A stretch of 63,955 nucleotides of DNA, counting the filler, from Octopus bimaculoides (lineage: Eukaryota), in assembly GCF_001194135.2 (NCBI RefSeq). It is 10 parts of 7 records of this genome, joined end to end, with 100 filler letters (N's around TTAATTAATTAA, not from the genome) between each part and the next. Parts side by side here need not be neighbours in the genome. Positions count along the whole stretch, not along the records: positions 36,004 to 41,378 come from NC_069005.1; positions 41,479 to 45,833 come from NC_068985.1; positions 45,934 to 49,943 come from NC_068987.1; positions 50,044 to 54,534 come from NC_068991.1; 6 more parts are not named here. One strand, 5' to 3'. Below the pieces are notes generated by a model. The model was not told where the DNA came from and made no database searches. It was given only the letters and a program-made list of their open reading frames with translations. This document shows positions 38,787 to 51,167 of the stretch, piece by piece (the stretch's first letter is position 1; every line of letters begins with the position of its first letter). The position numbers and the translations under genes are program-made.

Positions 38787-39030
38787 TTGATGATGATGGC
38801 GATGAAGACGATGTTCATTATTAGGGTTTTAGGGACGAGGACGATGATGATGATGATGGTACTGCAGCTGCAGATGCTGATGATGCAGCTGCTAATGATG
38901 ATCATCATCATGATGAACATGACGATGATGATGATGACAATGATGATGATGACGATGATGATGATGATTACGGTGACGAAGACGACGATGATGATTATGC
39001 TTGTTTGAGGATTGAATTGGATGATAATGA
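38690..39030. repeat. Degenerate (GAT)n microsatellite
   Basis: GAT/GAC/GCT-rich tract; explains the poly-Met ORF. Confidence 0.95.
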
Positions 39031-39409
39031 TTTTTTTTTCTAAGAGAGACCGTTTTTTCTTCTCCTCAAACTCTATCTTTTCTTCTTCAAATATTTACTC
39101 TTAAACATATATAACTTTCTTTTAAGAATTCACGTTTTTATCACTTCCTTGGTTTCGTTCCGTTTAACCGTCTAAGACCAGTTGATTGCGTCAATATTTC
39201 TAGAATGATTACACACTGCCATCGGAGGTACCTTATATACATCACTCCATAGAAAACCTATTTCGTGCTCTAATTCCTGTCCATTTTTGCTTCTTCGTAT
39301 TATACCCACAGAGTCTATTGCCAGAAACGTGAAAACGAATTTGATAAACTAGACAAAATTGCTTTCAAATTTTATTCATGAAAAATAAATGCATACATAG
39401 ATAGTTCAA

Positions 39410-39560
39410 ATTTACAGAAAACAAAAGACGAAGACAGGTGAAGGTAAAGCAAGCCGGTGTATTAGTTTAACGCTCGGGAAGAATGGAAAAGTCTTTGACG
39501 TTTCGAGCCTACGCTCCTCGATGGAAAGGATTGAGAGGGAAAACATCGGAGAGATAACGA
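39410..39560 (-). mobile_element. Penelope-like terminal repeat fragment with the best-preserved minimal hammerhead fold
   Basis: Minus strand 39528-39493: CTTT CCATCGA G GAGC GTAG GCTC GAAAC GTC AAAG. Confidence 0.65.
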
Positions 39561-39689
39561 CATAAAAAAAAACTGAGGGAGAAAACAGAGGGAGAAAAAT
39601 ACATCAATTGTGTATTGTTTGCATTTAACAGTCATTTGTTTGTATTTAACAGACATTTGTTAAAGAACAATCTGGATCGGATTGCAAGG

Positions 39690-39880
39690 CCAGTAAGTTC
39701 AGGAGAGAACTTAGTCGATAGCATCAACCCCAGTGCCCAAATGATATTTATTTTATCGACCCTGAAAGGAAGAAAAACAAAATCGGCCAAGGTGGAATTT
39801 GAACTCAGAACGTAAAGACGGTCGATATTCCAGTTAAGCATTTTTCCCGGTGTGCTAACGATTCTGCCAGTTCGCCGCAT
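39690..39880 (-). mobile_element. SINE B, diverged
   Basis: TTTTATCGACCCTGAAAGGA...GGAATTTGAACTCAGAACGTAAAGAC...CTGCCAGTTCGCCGC. Confidence 0.85.
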
Positions 39881-40069
39881 TACTAAATACAAAAGTATTG
39901 CGATTTTCTTTTATTTCCTTTATTCTATATTATTTGGGGGTTTTAGGCTCCCTTGACACGGAAGTAATACAGCTGCTTTAAAAAGTATTTAAGCAAGTGA
40001 GTTAATGTTTCCTTGTCTTTTGTTTTGTTCTCAGTCGATTGTAAATAACGTTTCCGTACTACGACACGT

Positions 40070-40280
40070 GGAGCTGCTTACCCGGTTTCTATGGCGTTTA
40101 CATGATCACATCATCCCCCCACCCCTGGACGAGACATCATTTTCAGGTGGATGAACTTGAATAACATGAAATAATGGGTTTTGATCAAGAACACAACTCA
40201 CACGCCCAGTTCGGGAATCGAAATCGCGATCTCGTAATCATAAGTGCAACACCATAATTACCAGTCCACGCAACTCCACG
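40070..40280 (-). mobile_element. SINE family D, diverged
   Basis: TTGATCAAGAACACAAC box and GGGAATCGAA (B-box complement), related to 44905-45095. Confidence 0.55.
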
Positions 40281-40429
40281 GCTTCTCTGTCTGCTATGTA
40301 ATACTTCCAAATTCTGTAGTTGGTAGTATAAGGTTATTTGTGTTCTCATTCAAGCGCTACAATGACCGGAAGTAGTAAAGTCTGCTTTATTAACGTTACA
40401 ATTGTTACACCCATCGCTAATAATATTGG

Positions 40430-40640
40430 GTTCAAATTTTGGCCCATGGCCAGAAATTTCTGGGGTGGGGCTAAGTCAATTAAATCGAACGCAGTTCTCA
40501 GCTGGTACTTATTTTATCGACCCCCGAGAAATTAAAAGCAATTCGATTCCGGCGGCATTTGAACCGAGATCATGAAGACGGACGAAATGCCGCTAAGCAT
40601 CTTGGCCGGCGTGTTAACGATTCAGGCAGCTCACCGCCTT
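40430..40640 (-). mobile_element. SINE B (tail type 2), diverged
   Basis: CTGGTACTTATTTTATCGACCCC...GGACGAAATGCCGCTAAGCAT...CAGCTCACCGCCTT. Confidence 0.85.
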
Positions 40641-40669
40641 ATCGCTAACACTAACATTAATATTAACAC

Positions 40670-40850
40670 CGGGCAATATGCGTAGCGTCATTTCGTTCGT
40701 CTTTATGTTCTGAGTTCAAATTCTACCAAGGTCAATTTCGCCTTTCATCCTTTCGGAGGCCGATAAGATGAAAACTAGTTGAACACGAGATCGATGAAAT
40801 TAACGTAAACCTCCCTCCAAAATTGCTGGCAACGTGCCAAAATTAGAAAC
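40670..40850 (+). mobile_element. SINE B, diverged
   Basis: GTTCTGAGTTCAAATTCTACCAAGGTCAA...GCCTTTCATCCTTTCGG. Confidence 0.8.
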
Positions 40851-41322
40851 CACTAATACTATTAACTCTAATAGCATCATTTTCCTTATTTGAAAAGAAC
40901 GTCCGAAAAGAAATTGTAACATATAACTCTGTACAGTCTCGATTTTTAATTTCGCCAACCAATTTCGTCTGTTTTAATGTATTTAAGTAAAACCGTTGTA
41001 GATGAATATTTGCGCTTTACGCCAAAAATATTCCTTGTTCAGCGATAGTTTTATCCGCACATGTTTGCTTCCATTGTTGGTGATTCATAGTTATATGATG
41101 TAGCACAGCGTTTATGAAAGCCACGAAATAGATTCAAACAGCGTTAAAATTTCTTTTGTTCGTCTGGTCCGTTCCATTTGTTGTCTCTGGATAATCTTGT
41201 AGCTGTGCTCTCTTTTGAACTAAGAGTATTTTAATACGATAGACGGCTATCCGTGGCTTGTGGCTTTAATAATTTCTCTTTATGATAGTTCTGGGTAAAA
41301 ATTTGCTTAGAAAGACATATGT

Positions 41323-41378
<56 letters not shown>

Positions 41379-42146
41379 NNNNNNNNNNNNNNNNNNNNNN
41401 NNNNNNNNNNNNNNNNNNNNNNTTAATTAATTAANNNNNNNNNNNNNNNNNNNNNNNNNNNNNNNNNNNNNNNNNNNNGTGACAAAGGCGTTTTTGTTTT
41501 TTAAGACTAATCAAAGGAGGAGTAGGAGGAATAGAAGGAGAAGGGCAATAACCTTTGCAGCCAATATGGTAATGCTCGCGTGATTGTGGTTCGGCTTAAA
41601 CAGTTGTAGATCAATACAAGATCTGTCTGTGATGAGCACTAGAGGTCATAAGGTCGTGAGCTTAACTCGGTTCTCGTGGCGTTCAAGTGACTGGGATCAC
41701 AATACCTCACAAGCGTGACTCTGTTGTAAGAATCTGTTTCCCAACCAAATGGTTGCAAGTTCAATCCCACTACGTGACACATTGGGCTTTATGTGTGTAT
41801 ATGTATGTATATTATGCATACATACGTATTGGGTTGTCAGTTAAACAGGTTCGGGTTTCTTTTCCGCATTTATTTTAATCCTTACTTTTCATGAGCAAGA
41901 TTTTGGGACCTTACGCATGGAATGAAGGCTGCGGGCAACGGTATCGTGAGAGCACCTTCTGCTAAGCCAATTCCCTGGGGATAGGTGCGAAACCTCGTGG
42001 AGAAACTGGTTCAATCGATCATCAGTGAATTGAAACAGTCGGCCAGAAAGTGGATAGTCGAATTCTCCCTCCTTGAATTGGGAAAACCATTTCTATGCAG
42101 TTCTGTCGAGACCATGACCTTACGAACGTGAGCCTCACATCCTAAC

Positions 42147-42233
<87 letters not shown>

Positions 42234-42479
42234 GGATACATATACTGGATTATCTAATATTATCAGAGTTATCTCCCTTGTTTTGATCAATTCACTGTTT
42301 TACATAATTGGGATCTGAATGTATTTGTAGTTTGCATGCGCAGAACGCTTCCCCAGGGTATTTTTCAACCGTGAATTGCTAATATTCATAATAAGCGTCC
42401 CAACATACTCATTTACACATATCTGTATGTATGTATGTATGTATGTATGTATGTATGTATGTATGCGTGTATGCATGTC

Positions 42480-43640
42480 CAACACAACCAATTCCTCCTT
42501 ACTAAGTAGGCCTCGTAAGATTGCCGGTTTAGTTGCCGACAGCTAGACCAGGCTGCTTGGTAATGAAGGTGGTTTTCGTCCTGCAGTAGAGTCAACAGCC
42601 ACCCAAAAGATGGGAATTAAAGACACCTAGTCTTTGTTTAGACATCTCTCTAGGAGAAGGAAAACTGATGCAACATTTGTGACTTCGTTTGTATCCAGCG
42701 ATGTAAACTAGTTATTCTTTTTGGGCAAATTCATAACGTTGTTGAGGGAGTGGGATATGTGCTGTCGAAGGTCTTGCCTGATTTTAAAAAACTTCAAGGC
42801 ATCGCGTGATTTTTAATATCTCTATTTTGTGTTGCATAGTGGAGGCGCAATGGCCCAGTCGTTAGGGCAGCGGACTCGCGGTCGTAGGATCGCGGTTTCG
42901 ATTCCCAGACCGGGCGTTGTGAGTGTTTATTGAGCGAAAATACCTAAAGCTCCACGAGGCTCCGGCAGGGGACGGTGGCGAACTCTTCTGTACTCTTTCA
43001 CCACAACTTTCTCTCGCTCTTACTTCCTGCTTCTGTTGTGCCTGTAATTCAAAGGGTCAGCCTTGTCACACTGTGTCACGCTGAATATCCCCGAGAACTA
43101 CGTTAAGGGTACACGTGTCTGTGGAGTGCTCAGCCACTTGCAAGTTAATTTCACGAGCAGGCTGTTCTGTTGATCGGATCAACAGGAACCCTCGACGTCG
43201 TAAGCGACGGAATGCCAACAACATTTGTGTTGCATACTATGGCTAGCTGCAGCCGAAAAAGGCAAAACAGTCATTGAAAAATTCCATGATGGAATGAAGG
43301 TATGTGTCAGCATGGCTGGTGACTCTGTGAACACCTACTTCAAGATGCACCGGTCTTTGCCACATTTGTACAAAGGGGTATAAGTTATTAACAAGATTGA
43401 AAGGCCACTTCTGAACTGCAGATGTTTAAGAGTACAATATCTTGGCAGCAACAACTCGGAAGACTTCCAAGTTGATGGAAAGACGACACAGGCAAAAAAT
43501 TCGAGCCCAAATACAAGAGATGGGTGCAATCAAGGACAGAATGGAAGCATATTTTGATCAGTGATATATAGGGACTTACAATAATCTGTGTCGTTAACGA
43601 TTTAGTCGTCGACGTCTTCACCAGGCCTGCTTGGTAACGA
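42480..43640 (+). mobile_element. Highly decayed RTE-like LINE pieces, interrupted by SINE C
   Basis: EKFHDGMKVCVS at 43276-43311 (cf. RTE/BovB FHDGMxARV); CTCTAGGAGAAGGAAAACT resembles RTE 5' regions. Boundaries approximate. Confidence 0.45.
42839..43223 (+). mobile_element. tRNA-derived SINE family C, full length, with 13-bp target-site duplication
   Basis: tRNA-like head with A-box (TGGCCCAGTCGTTAGG) and B-box (GGTTTCGATTCC); TTTGTGTTGCATA is duplicated at 42826-42838 and 43224-43236. Confidence 0.95.
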
Positions 43641-43687
43641 GGGTGTCGATAAAAGCATACGATGTGTGTGAGTGTGCATGTGTGTGC

Positions 43688-43757
<70 letters not shown>

Positions 43758-44539
43758 ACCGATCACTCCTTTGTCAAATGAGTAGAATCGTTCTACTTGG
43801 GATGATAAGACAGAATCTTACATATGTAACACAAGTACGTGGTAAAACTTGGATCAGCTGGTAATATCCTAGAAAGTGTTAGGTTTAAACTTTGTCTAGG
43901 TCTACAAGGATAATTCGATCATTCTAAATTATTATTACTTACAGACTGCATGAGTAAAATCTATATCTAACCTTACAAATAATTCCATCTAAGATCAGAA
44001 ATACTTCTAAGTTAAAACTCCCTCAAAACAACTATAATTTCCATTGCCAATATTGTCGAAAAAATGTCAACTAAATGATCTTTATCTGTTGCTTTTAGAT
44101 TGTAAACACTTGTAGTTTGAAAAATCTAACACAAAACGTGACTCGTAAACCTGATCTGTTTTGCATATTACGTGACCAAACGGACTTTCATTTCATTATC
44201 AAAATTACACACAAGATCGGCTCATAACGACCTGTCCAGTTCTGTATATAACATGACGGTGCCTAATACCTTTTATTTTCATCAATTAGTATTCAGTTTT
44301 TTGTACTGCAGCTTGATTTTTAGCACGTTCTTCACCAATAAAGAACTTAGTTGATGTGATATAAACAGAGGTGATTCACCTCTTAATAGAATCGTTATCT
44401 TTGTCGGTATAATACACGTCGATCAACGAATCATTCTCAAACAACTTGCACGTTTGCCGTTTAAAATTTTTTGTTCTTGAATTTTTCTTCCCGTGTGATA
44501 TTTTCTTTCGCTTATATTAACTTAATATATAAAGCAGAG

Positions 44540-44612
<73 letters not shown>

Positions 44613-44904
44613 TGCGTGCGTGCGTGAACGTGCGTATGTTCCTTTTGGATTCGAAAACTGAGTTGCCAATTTTGACGTATGGGGTATCAAAAAATTCACT
44701 AATCTTTCGGCTACCAAATAAAGTATGTTTTTTGCACAACTCTTTTTTAGTACAAAAATAACCTCGAAAACGAGGTCGGATCGCACATTTTTGAGGTCTT
44801 TAGCTAAAGGAGGCAACTGTACCTGAGCAATATGTCTTGCATAGAGCATAATGAGAAAATGTTTAAAATACATGGAAGATACACCGTCAACTTTATTACT
44901 ATTA

Positions 44905-45095
44905 TTTGTTTATGGAAGACCAGCAGTGGTCCATGCACACCAGTTTCCCCTGTCCCCACCAACAATGTTATCCAAGGGGAAAAAGCAAAGACCGATACAA
45001 CTTGGTACCAGTGATGTCGCAACCCATTTCTACAGCTAAGTGAACTGGGACAACATGAAATAAAGTGCCTTGCTCAAGAACACAAAACACCGCCG
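44905..45095 (-). mobile_element. SINE family D, head missing
   Basis: CCCATTTCTACAGCTAAGTGAACTGGACAACATGAAATAAAGTGCCTTGCTCAAGAACAC; reverse complement GTGTTCTTGAGCAAG is a typical SINE central box. Confidence 0.65.
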
Positions 45096-45385
45096 GGGTG
45101 CATTCCAGAAGTTTTGAGACATTTTTTAGCAGAGGTCCTGGATTATTGTAGTTTTAGTAGTATATCATTACTATACATCTAATAAGCTGACCTGCCAACA
45201 TGTGTTATTCCAGACTGGAGGAGACAGACTGTACAAAACATTGCTTGTCACAGCTGACTAGTTTACAGAATGCAGTCGGGACGCGTGAAGAATATCCTGT
45301 TGCTTATTTTGACTTTATTCACCTTATTTTGAAGTTGTACGGATAACACCGCACTAAATTTTGGTGCTTCAAGTACCTAATTCAT
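45093..45385 (+). mobile_element. Possible mariner-derived non-autonomous fragment
   Basis: Starts GGGGTGCATTCCAGAAGTTTTGAGAC, resembling mariner TIRs; no partner TIR found. Confidence 0.3.
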
Positions 45386-45401
45386 CTGAATATCACTTAT
45401 T

Positions 45402-45403
<2 letters not shown>

Positions 45404-45453
<50 letters not shown>

Positions 45454-45486
45454 CCAGATAGAATAGATAGATAGACCAGATAGAAC

Positions 45487-45522
<36 letters not shown>
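45404..45522. repeat. (GATA)n microsatellite
   Basis: Tetranucleotide run with few interruptions. Confidence 0.98.
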
Positions 45523-45523
<1 letters not shown>

Positions 45524-46020
45524 CATTTCTTTTATTAGCCACACAGGGCTCAACGAAGATGGGACAAATACAATGTAGAGCTTTTCTTTTTGGGAGGGGG
45601 AAGGAAAAAAAGGGAGGGGTGTCGATCAAAAGGGATCGTAGGGAAGGAAAAAGGGGGGAGTTCGATCAAAAGGGATCGAGAGAAAAAAAAAGAGCGATCA
45701 ATAGGGATCGTGTATCACACAGTAATGTTCTCGTGTGAAAAGAGGGGAGGACAGTTTAGGTTTAGCCGTGGAAAGAAAAGCCTACGGAAAAGACCACGGT
45801 AACCTTGGTCAATATTCTCATTGAAGAAACTATNNNNNNNNNNNNNNNNNNNNNNNNNNNNNNNNNNNNNNNNNNNNTTAATTAATTAANNNNNNNNNNN
45901 NNNNNNNNNNNNNNNNNNNNNNNNNNNNNNNNNATACAATATTAGGATAAAAACTTTATAAGAATTTATCAAGTAGTTAGCGTGAAAAAACCTCATAAGG
46001 GGGGGGGGGACCATAATTTT
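45523..46020 (-). mobile_element. 3' untranslated end of an unassigned retroposon
   Basis: Minus strand is pyrimidine-rich and ends AATAAAGAAATGTAT followed by (CTAT)n; contains three CGATC-N6-GATCG units; spans a gap. Confidence 0.45.
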
Positions 46021-46037
46021 TTCCCATATATATATTA

Positions 46038-46161
46038 AATTTATATAAGGGCATTACTATACATTAATGCCTCACGCTAAAAATGTGCTTATGGCAGTTT
46101 TGACTTTTGGAGTCCCTCTTAGCGTGAGGCATTATTGTATAGTAATGCCCTTATATAAATT
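46038..46161. repeat. Palindromic element, 43-bp arms (42/43 complementary), 38-bp spacer
   Basis: 46038-46080 versus 46119-46161, flanked by TA repeats. Confidence 0.93.
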
Positions 46162-46529
46162 ATATATATATATATACGGAATGTGTCGACCATGGCAGGA
46201 TCTGAACTCAGAACATTAAAGAGACCAAAGATATATCACAAGGCATCAGCATTTACAACAGAGAGATCAAAATAAAAATGGCGTTAACATTTCTCTCTTT
46301 CTCTTTCTTAGTCTGTTTGACACTGTCTTTGTCCGCTTTTCTCTGTTTCTGTCTGTTTCTCTTCCTATCTCTCCCCCCCTCTCTCTCTCTCTCTCATTCT
46401 CAGCCTATGTTTGTCTCTTTCTGTCTCTATTTCTGACTCTCTCTTTCAGAAAGTCTCCCTCTCTCTTTGCGCGTATGTCTCTATATCCCGGTCTGTTTCA
46501 CTCTTTCTCTGTTTCTATGTCTTTCTCCG

Positions 46530-46618
<89 letters not shown>

Positions 46619-48182
46619 AACACAGACTCACGAAAACGGACATATACATCCATAATTCATATTTACCGAATTCGTTTCATCACCTCAGAATGTGTGTGGA
46701 GAAAGGTAGAGAAAGGGGGGATTGTGTGTGTGCGTGTGTGTGTGAGAGAGTGAGAGAAAGAGAGAATGGAAGAGAGAGGGAAAGAAAGAGAGAAAGAAAG
46801 AAAGAAAGAGAGAATGAGATAGATAAAGAGAGATAGATAGATAGATAGATAGATAAAGAGGGAGAGAGAAAGATTGCAGATGTGAGAATCAGGGAGAAAG
46901 AGAAAGGAAGAGAGAGAGAAAGAGAGAAAGAGGACTTGTATGTATATACGTGTTTGTATGTATATGTATATGTATATGTGTGCGGTGTGTGTGTGTACGT
47001 GTGTGTGCGCGTGTGTGCGCGTGCGCGTTAACTGCAAAACTGTTGCTTTTGGATCACTGTGACTCAGACATTTCGCCCCAAGCCGGACGGACACCATCCA
47101 CCATTCCGCAGCAGCATTCGTTTATTGCTCATCCCGTTTCCAGAACTCTGACTCCCCGCGAAGAATTGGTTAACATGCAAGATGAATAAATAAATAAAAT
47201 AAAATAAAGTAAATAAATAAATACATTAGCTGTCATTGGCTGTTATTTCCTTGTTTTTTTTTTTCTTTTTATTGTTAGTATAATTCTTTCCATGTCTGAG
47301 TCTGTCTTTCTCGTTCACATCATCCTCTCCCAGTTTCTCCCCCGTCTGAATGCTTGTCTTTCTGTTTCCCTCTTTTTTGTTCTCTCTATCTATTTATCAC
47401 GCTAACTTTCTCTGTCTCTTTCTCTGTCTCTCTCTCTCTATATATATATATATGTATGCATGTATGTATATATATATATATATATNNNNNNNNNNNNNNN
47501 NNNNNNNNNNNNNNNNNNNNNNNNNNNNNNNNNNNNNNNNNNNNNNNNNNNNNNNNNNNNNNNNNNNNNNNNNNNNNNNNNNNNNNNNNNNNNNNNNNNN
47601 NNNNNNNNNNNNNNNNNNNNNNNNNNNNNNNNNNNNNNNNNNNNNNNNNNNNNNNNNNNNNNNNNNNNNNNNNNNNNNNNNNNNNNNNNNNNNNNNNNNN
47701 NNNNNNNNNNNNNNNNNNNNNNNNNNNNNNNNNNNNNNNNNNNNNNNNNNNNNNNNNNNNNNNNNNNNNNNNNNNNNNNNNNNNNNNNNNNNNNNNNNNN
47801 NNNNNNNNNNNNNNNNNNNNNNNNNNNNNNNNNNNNNNNNNNNNNNNNNNNNNNNNNNNNNNNNNNNNNNNNNNNNNNNNNNNNNNNNNNNNNNNNNNNN
47901 NNNNNNNNNNNNNNNNNNNNNNNNNNNNNNNNNNNNNNNNNNNNNNNNNNNNNNNNNNNNNNNNNNNNNNNNNNNNNATATATATATATATATAATGGTA
48001 TTTTGATATAAGCTTAAAGCTTATGCCGAACACCGTGCAATGACTAAGGAAAATAGTCTAATAAAGGAGCATATAGGCCCTCGACAGAAAAATACCATTA
48101 TTATTATGTACAGGACTGTAAAAACGGCGTCGTATGAAAAGACCATTCGCACCGAAATATACACACACACATATATATATAT

Positions 48183-48338
48183 ACGACGGGTTTCTTTTCA
48201 GTTTCCGTCTACTAAATCCACTGACAAGGTTTTGGCCGCCCTGAAACTATAGTAAAAGAAACTTATCCAAAGTGCTACGAATTAGGACTGCACCAGGAAC
48301 CCTCTGGCTGGGAAACAATCTTTTTCCCACAGCCACTC
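48183..48338 (-). mobile_element. SINE A head and body
   Basis: ATACGACGGGTTTCTTTTCAGTTTCCGTCTAC...CCCACAGCCACTC. Confidence 0.88.
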
Positions 48339-49034
48339 GTATATAAGACGCACATACACAAACACACCCACACCTACACACACACTCATGTATAAAGCAA
48401 GCCATTATTATATAGTACATGTGTACTTATGTGTGTGTATGTGCGCGCGCGTGTTTGAGCGTGGGAATGTAGGATGCCTGAATGTACGCATATATACTAT
48501 CTGCTGATATATTCTCTGTATATATACACATATGTACTCTCTGCATCTCACATCACGTAGAACAATAGGAACCAATAAGGAAGCCTCTACGTGACCACTT
48601 GATCAGCTGGAAATAGCAGTCGAATCTCTACACCACTCCTTTAAAACAGGAACAGGCGATGTAGCTCGAGATGCACAATGTCAAAAAATATGATAGGAAT
48701 GTCATGTCACGAGAACCTTTTTACAAAAGGGCTACGGTCGAGTACCTTTTTACGATTGGTCTACGCACTCTGAGTTGACCTCTGACTAAACAACATCGAC
48801 AACATCAATAGACACAACTGCTTATTGCATCATTTGAATCTTGTTAAATTTTGATGTAGTTCCGATGTAGTTTTCGCTGATGACAAAAACTACATTTCCT
48901 TTTTCTAGAAATTGATAATAAAAAAAGTTACAAGCATTTAAAGTTATGTCGTTTTAGCCAATCGAAAATCTCCATTGGCGGCATCTGCTGATCTCCACAC
49001 ACATACCTTTAATTCATTATCTCAGCTACCACAG

Positions 49035-49168
49035 CTTGCTTCCCAACCACCTGGTTCCAGATTCAGTCTTACTGCGTGGCACCTTGGGCAAGTGTCTTCT
49101 ACTATAGTCTCGGGCCGACCAATGTCTTGTGAGTGGATTTGATAGACGGAAACTGAAAGAAGCCCGTC

Positions 49169-49205
<37 letters not shown>

Positions 49206-49428
49206 TGTGTGTGGCCAAATGCGTTTTTCTTTTTTCAATATATATTTTTGCTTGCAATAGCCGGTTCTTTTGGTCAAACTATCGTATCTCCAGCTGCTTC
49301 AGATGCCAAGATAAGAACATTGTCAAAGTGTTGTACAATGGTTTTGCTATGAAATGGTGAAACTATTTTTCCGTTTTCTGAAAAAAGTAACGTTTTGGAC
49401 TTACGACACTTTTGCACAATAGCAACAA

Positions 49429-49478
<50 letters not shown>

Positions 49479-49610
49479 AACAACCACTTGACAACCGGTG
49501 TTGGTGTGTTTACGTTCCCGTAACTTAATACTTCGGCAAAAGAGACCGATAGAATAAGTACCAGGTTTAACAAAAAAGTACTGGGGTCGATTCATTTGAC
49601 TAAAACTTCT
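49035..49610 (+). mobile_element. SINE A body (49035-49172) and tail (49485-49610) separated by about 300 bp
   Basis: Both halves match the family A consensus; intervening unique sequence plus (CTAT)n. Confidence 0.8.
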
Positions 49611-49806
49611 CCTATATAAGTGAGTTTGGAAGGACCTATTATCCGGGTGGATACCAGATTAGCTTCCAGTTAAGTTCCACTTAACGGCTAACCACAACGA
49701 CCAGTATCTAACGTCTGTGTCTATATTTAGTTGGTTAGTCACTGCATGAATTCTTCCGATGGGTAATTCCGTGTACTCTTCGCTAGACGGTAAAAATTGT
49801 CTGGAG

Positions 49807-49940
<134 letters not shown>

Positions 49941-50043
49941 TGANNNNNNNNNNNNNNNNNNNNNNNNNNNNNNNNNNNNNNNNNNNNTTAATTAATTAAN
50001 NNNNNNNNNNNNNNNNNNNNNNNNNNNNNNNNNNNNNNNNNNN

Positions 50044-50090
<47 letters not shown>

Positions 50091-50184
50091 GCTTACATGT
50101 ATACCTATGAATATATATATTTATCTATATTCAGAGGAATACATACATACATGCATATACATATATATATATATGGGGGGGGGA

Positions 50185-50345
50185 ATTCACAAAAAAAAAC
50201 AAAAGACGAAGACATGTGGTGTAGACAACAAACAGATGTATTAGTTTAATGCTCGGGAAGTGAAAAAGTCTTTAACGTTTCGAGTCTACGCTCTTCTAGA
50301 CAAAGGAACAGAGAAAGAAACAAGGAGAGAAAATAATGAATGTGT
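50185..50345 (-). mobile_element. Penelope-like terminal repeat fragment, degenerate hammerhead motif
   Basis: Minus strand 50305-50270: CTTT GTCTAGA A GAGC GTAG ACTC GAAAC GTT AAAG; family of 39410. Confidence 0.6.
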
Positions 50346-51167
50346 AGTGGCTAGCGATCTATCATGGTGAATGATCTACGAATGCATATTATTTTGATGT
50401 TTTGAAAAGAGATTAAGAATGATTATATTATATATATATATTTATATACATCATTCAGCTACGGTACTAGTTGAATAATATTCTTGGGGACGTAATTTAC
50501 TCATGTGCAGCGTCTATCAGATCTTGTCGCTAATTCAGTTCTTAACAAAATCCAAAACCGTTAACACTTTTGAAGAGGACTGCTCCCTAGCTACATTTTG
50601 GTATAAACAACCGAGATTTAGTTAACATCAAAATTTGTAGTAACGTTAAAGGAGATTAAGTAACGCCTCCAATCACGTTTAGATCTAAATAACTTTTTTT
50701 TATTTTAAAAGCAAAATATATTTATCTTAGCTTCAATGATAAAAGATAACATGAGGGATTTCATGCAACAAAAATTTGTATCAAAACAATTATGAGGTAA
50801 AATAACATGGAAAAAATATAAGTAAGGCAAAATGTTGGATTTGAATATAATTAACTTTTTTACAATTTTAGCAATAAACTCTATTTTGATTAATCTTAAA
50901 TGATAGAGCTCAATTCGCAGAATTTCATGGAATCAATCTCATGCAATGAAGTTTTAAAAGAAAAAAAAGTTATGAGTGCTTTTTATTTTCTCAAATTTGA
51001 GGATGATAATATAATTCTATACTTTTTTATGAATATAGTTCTATAAGGGAACTTTCAACATATTTCATCGGCATCATTTAGGTAAGGAAAGACTTATCAA
51101 CAACACCGCTAATTGACACATTTGGCATATTATTAATTAGCATAATAGCATAGCCTGGATAAAACAT

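Noticed and set aside
42839-42915. tRNA-Arg-like sequence
   Set aside because: Continues into a 300-bp conserved SINE body with a second copy and a target-site duplication; acceptor stem not intact. It is a SINE head, not a tRNA gene.
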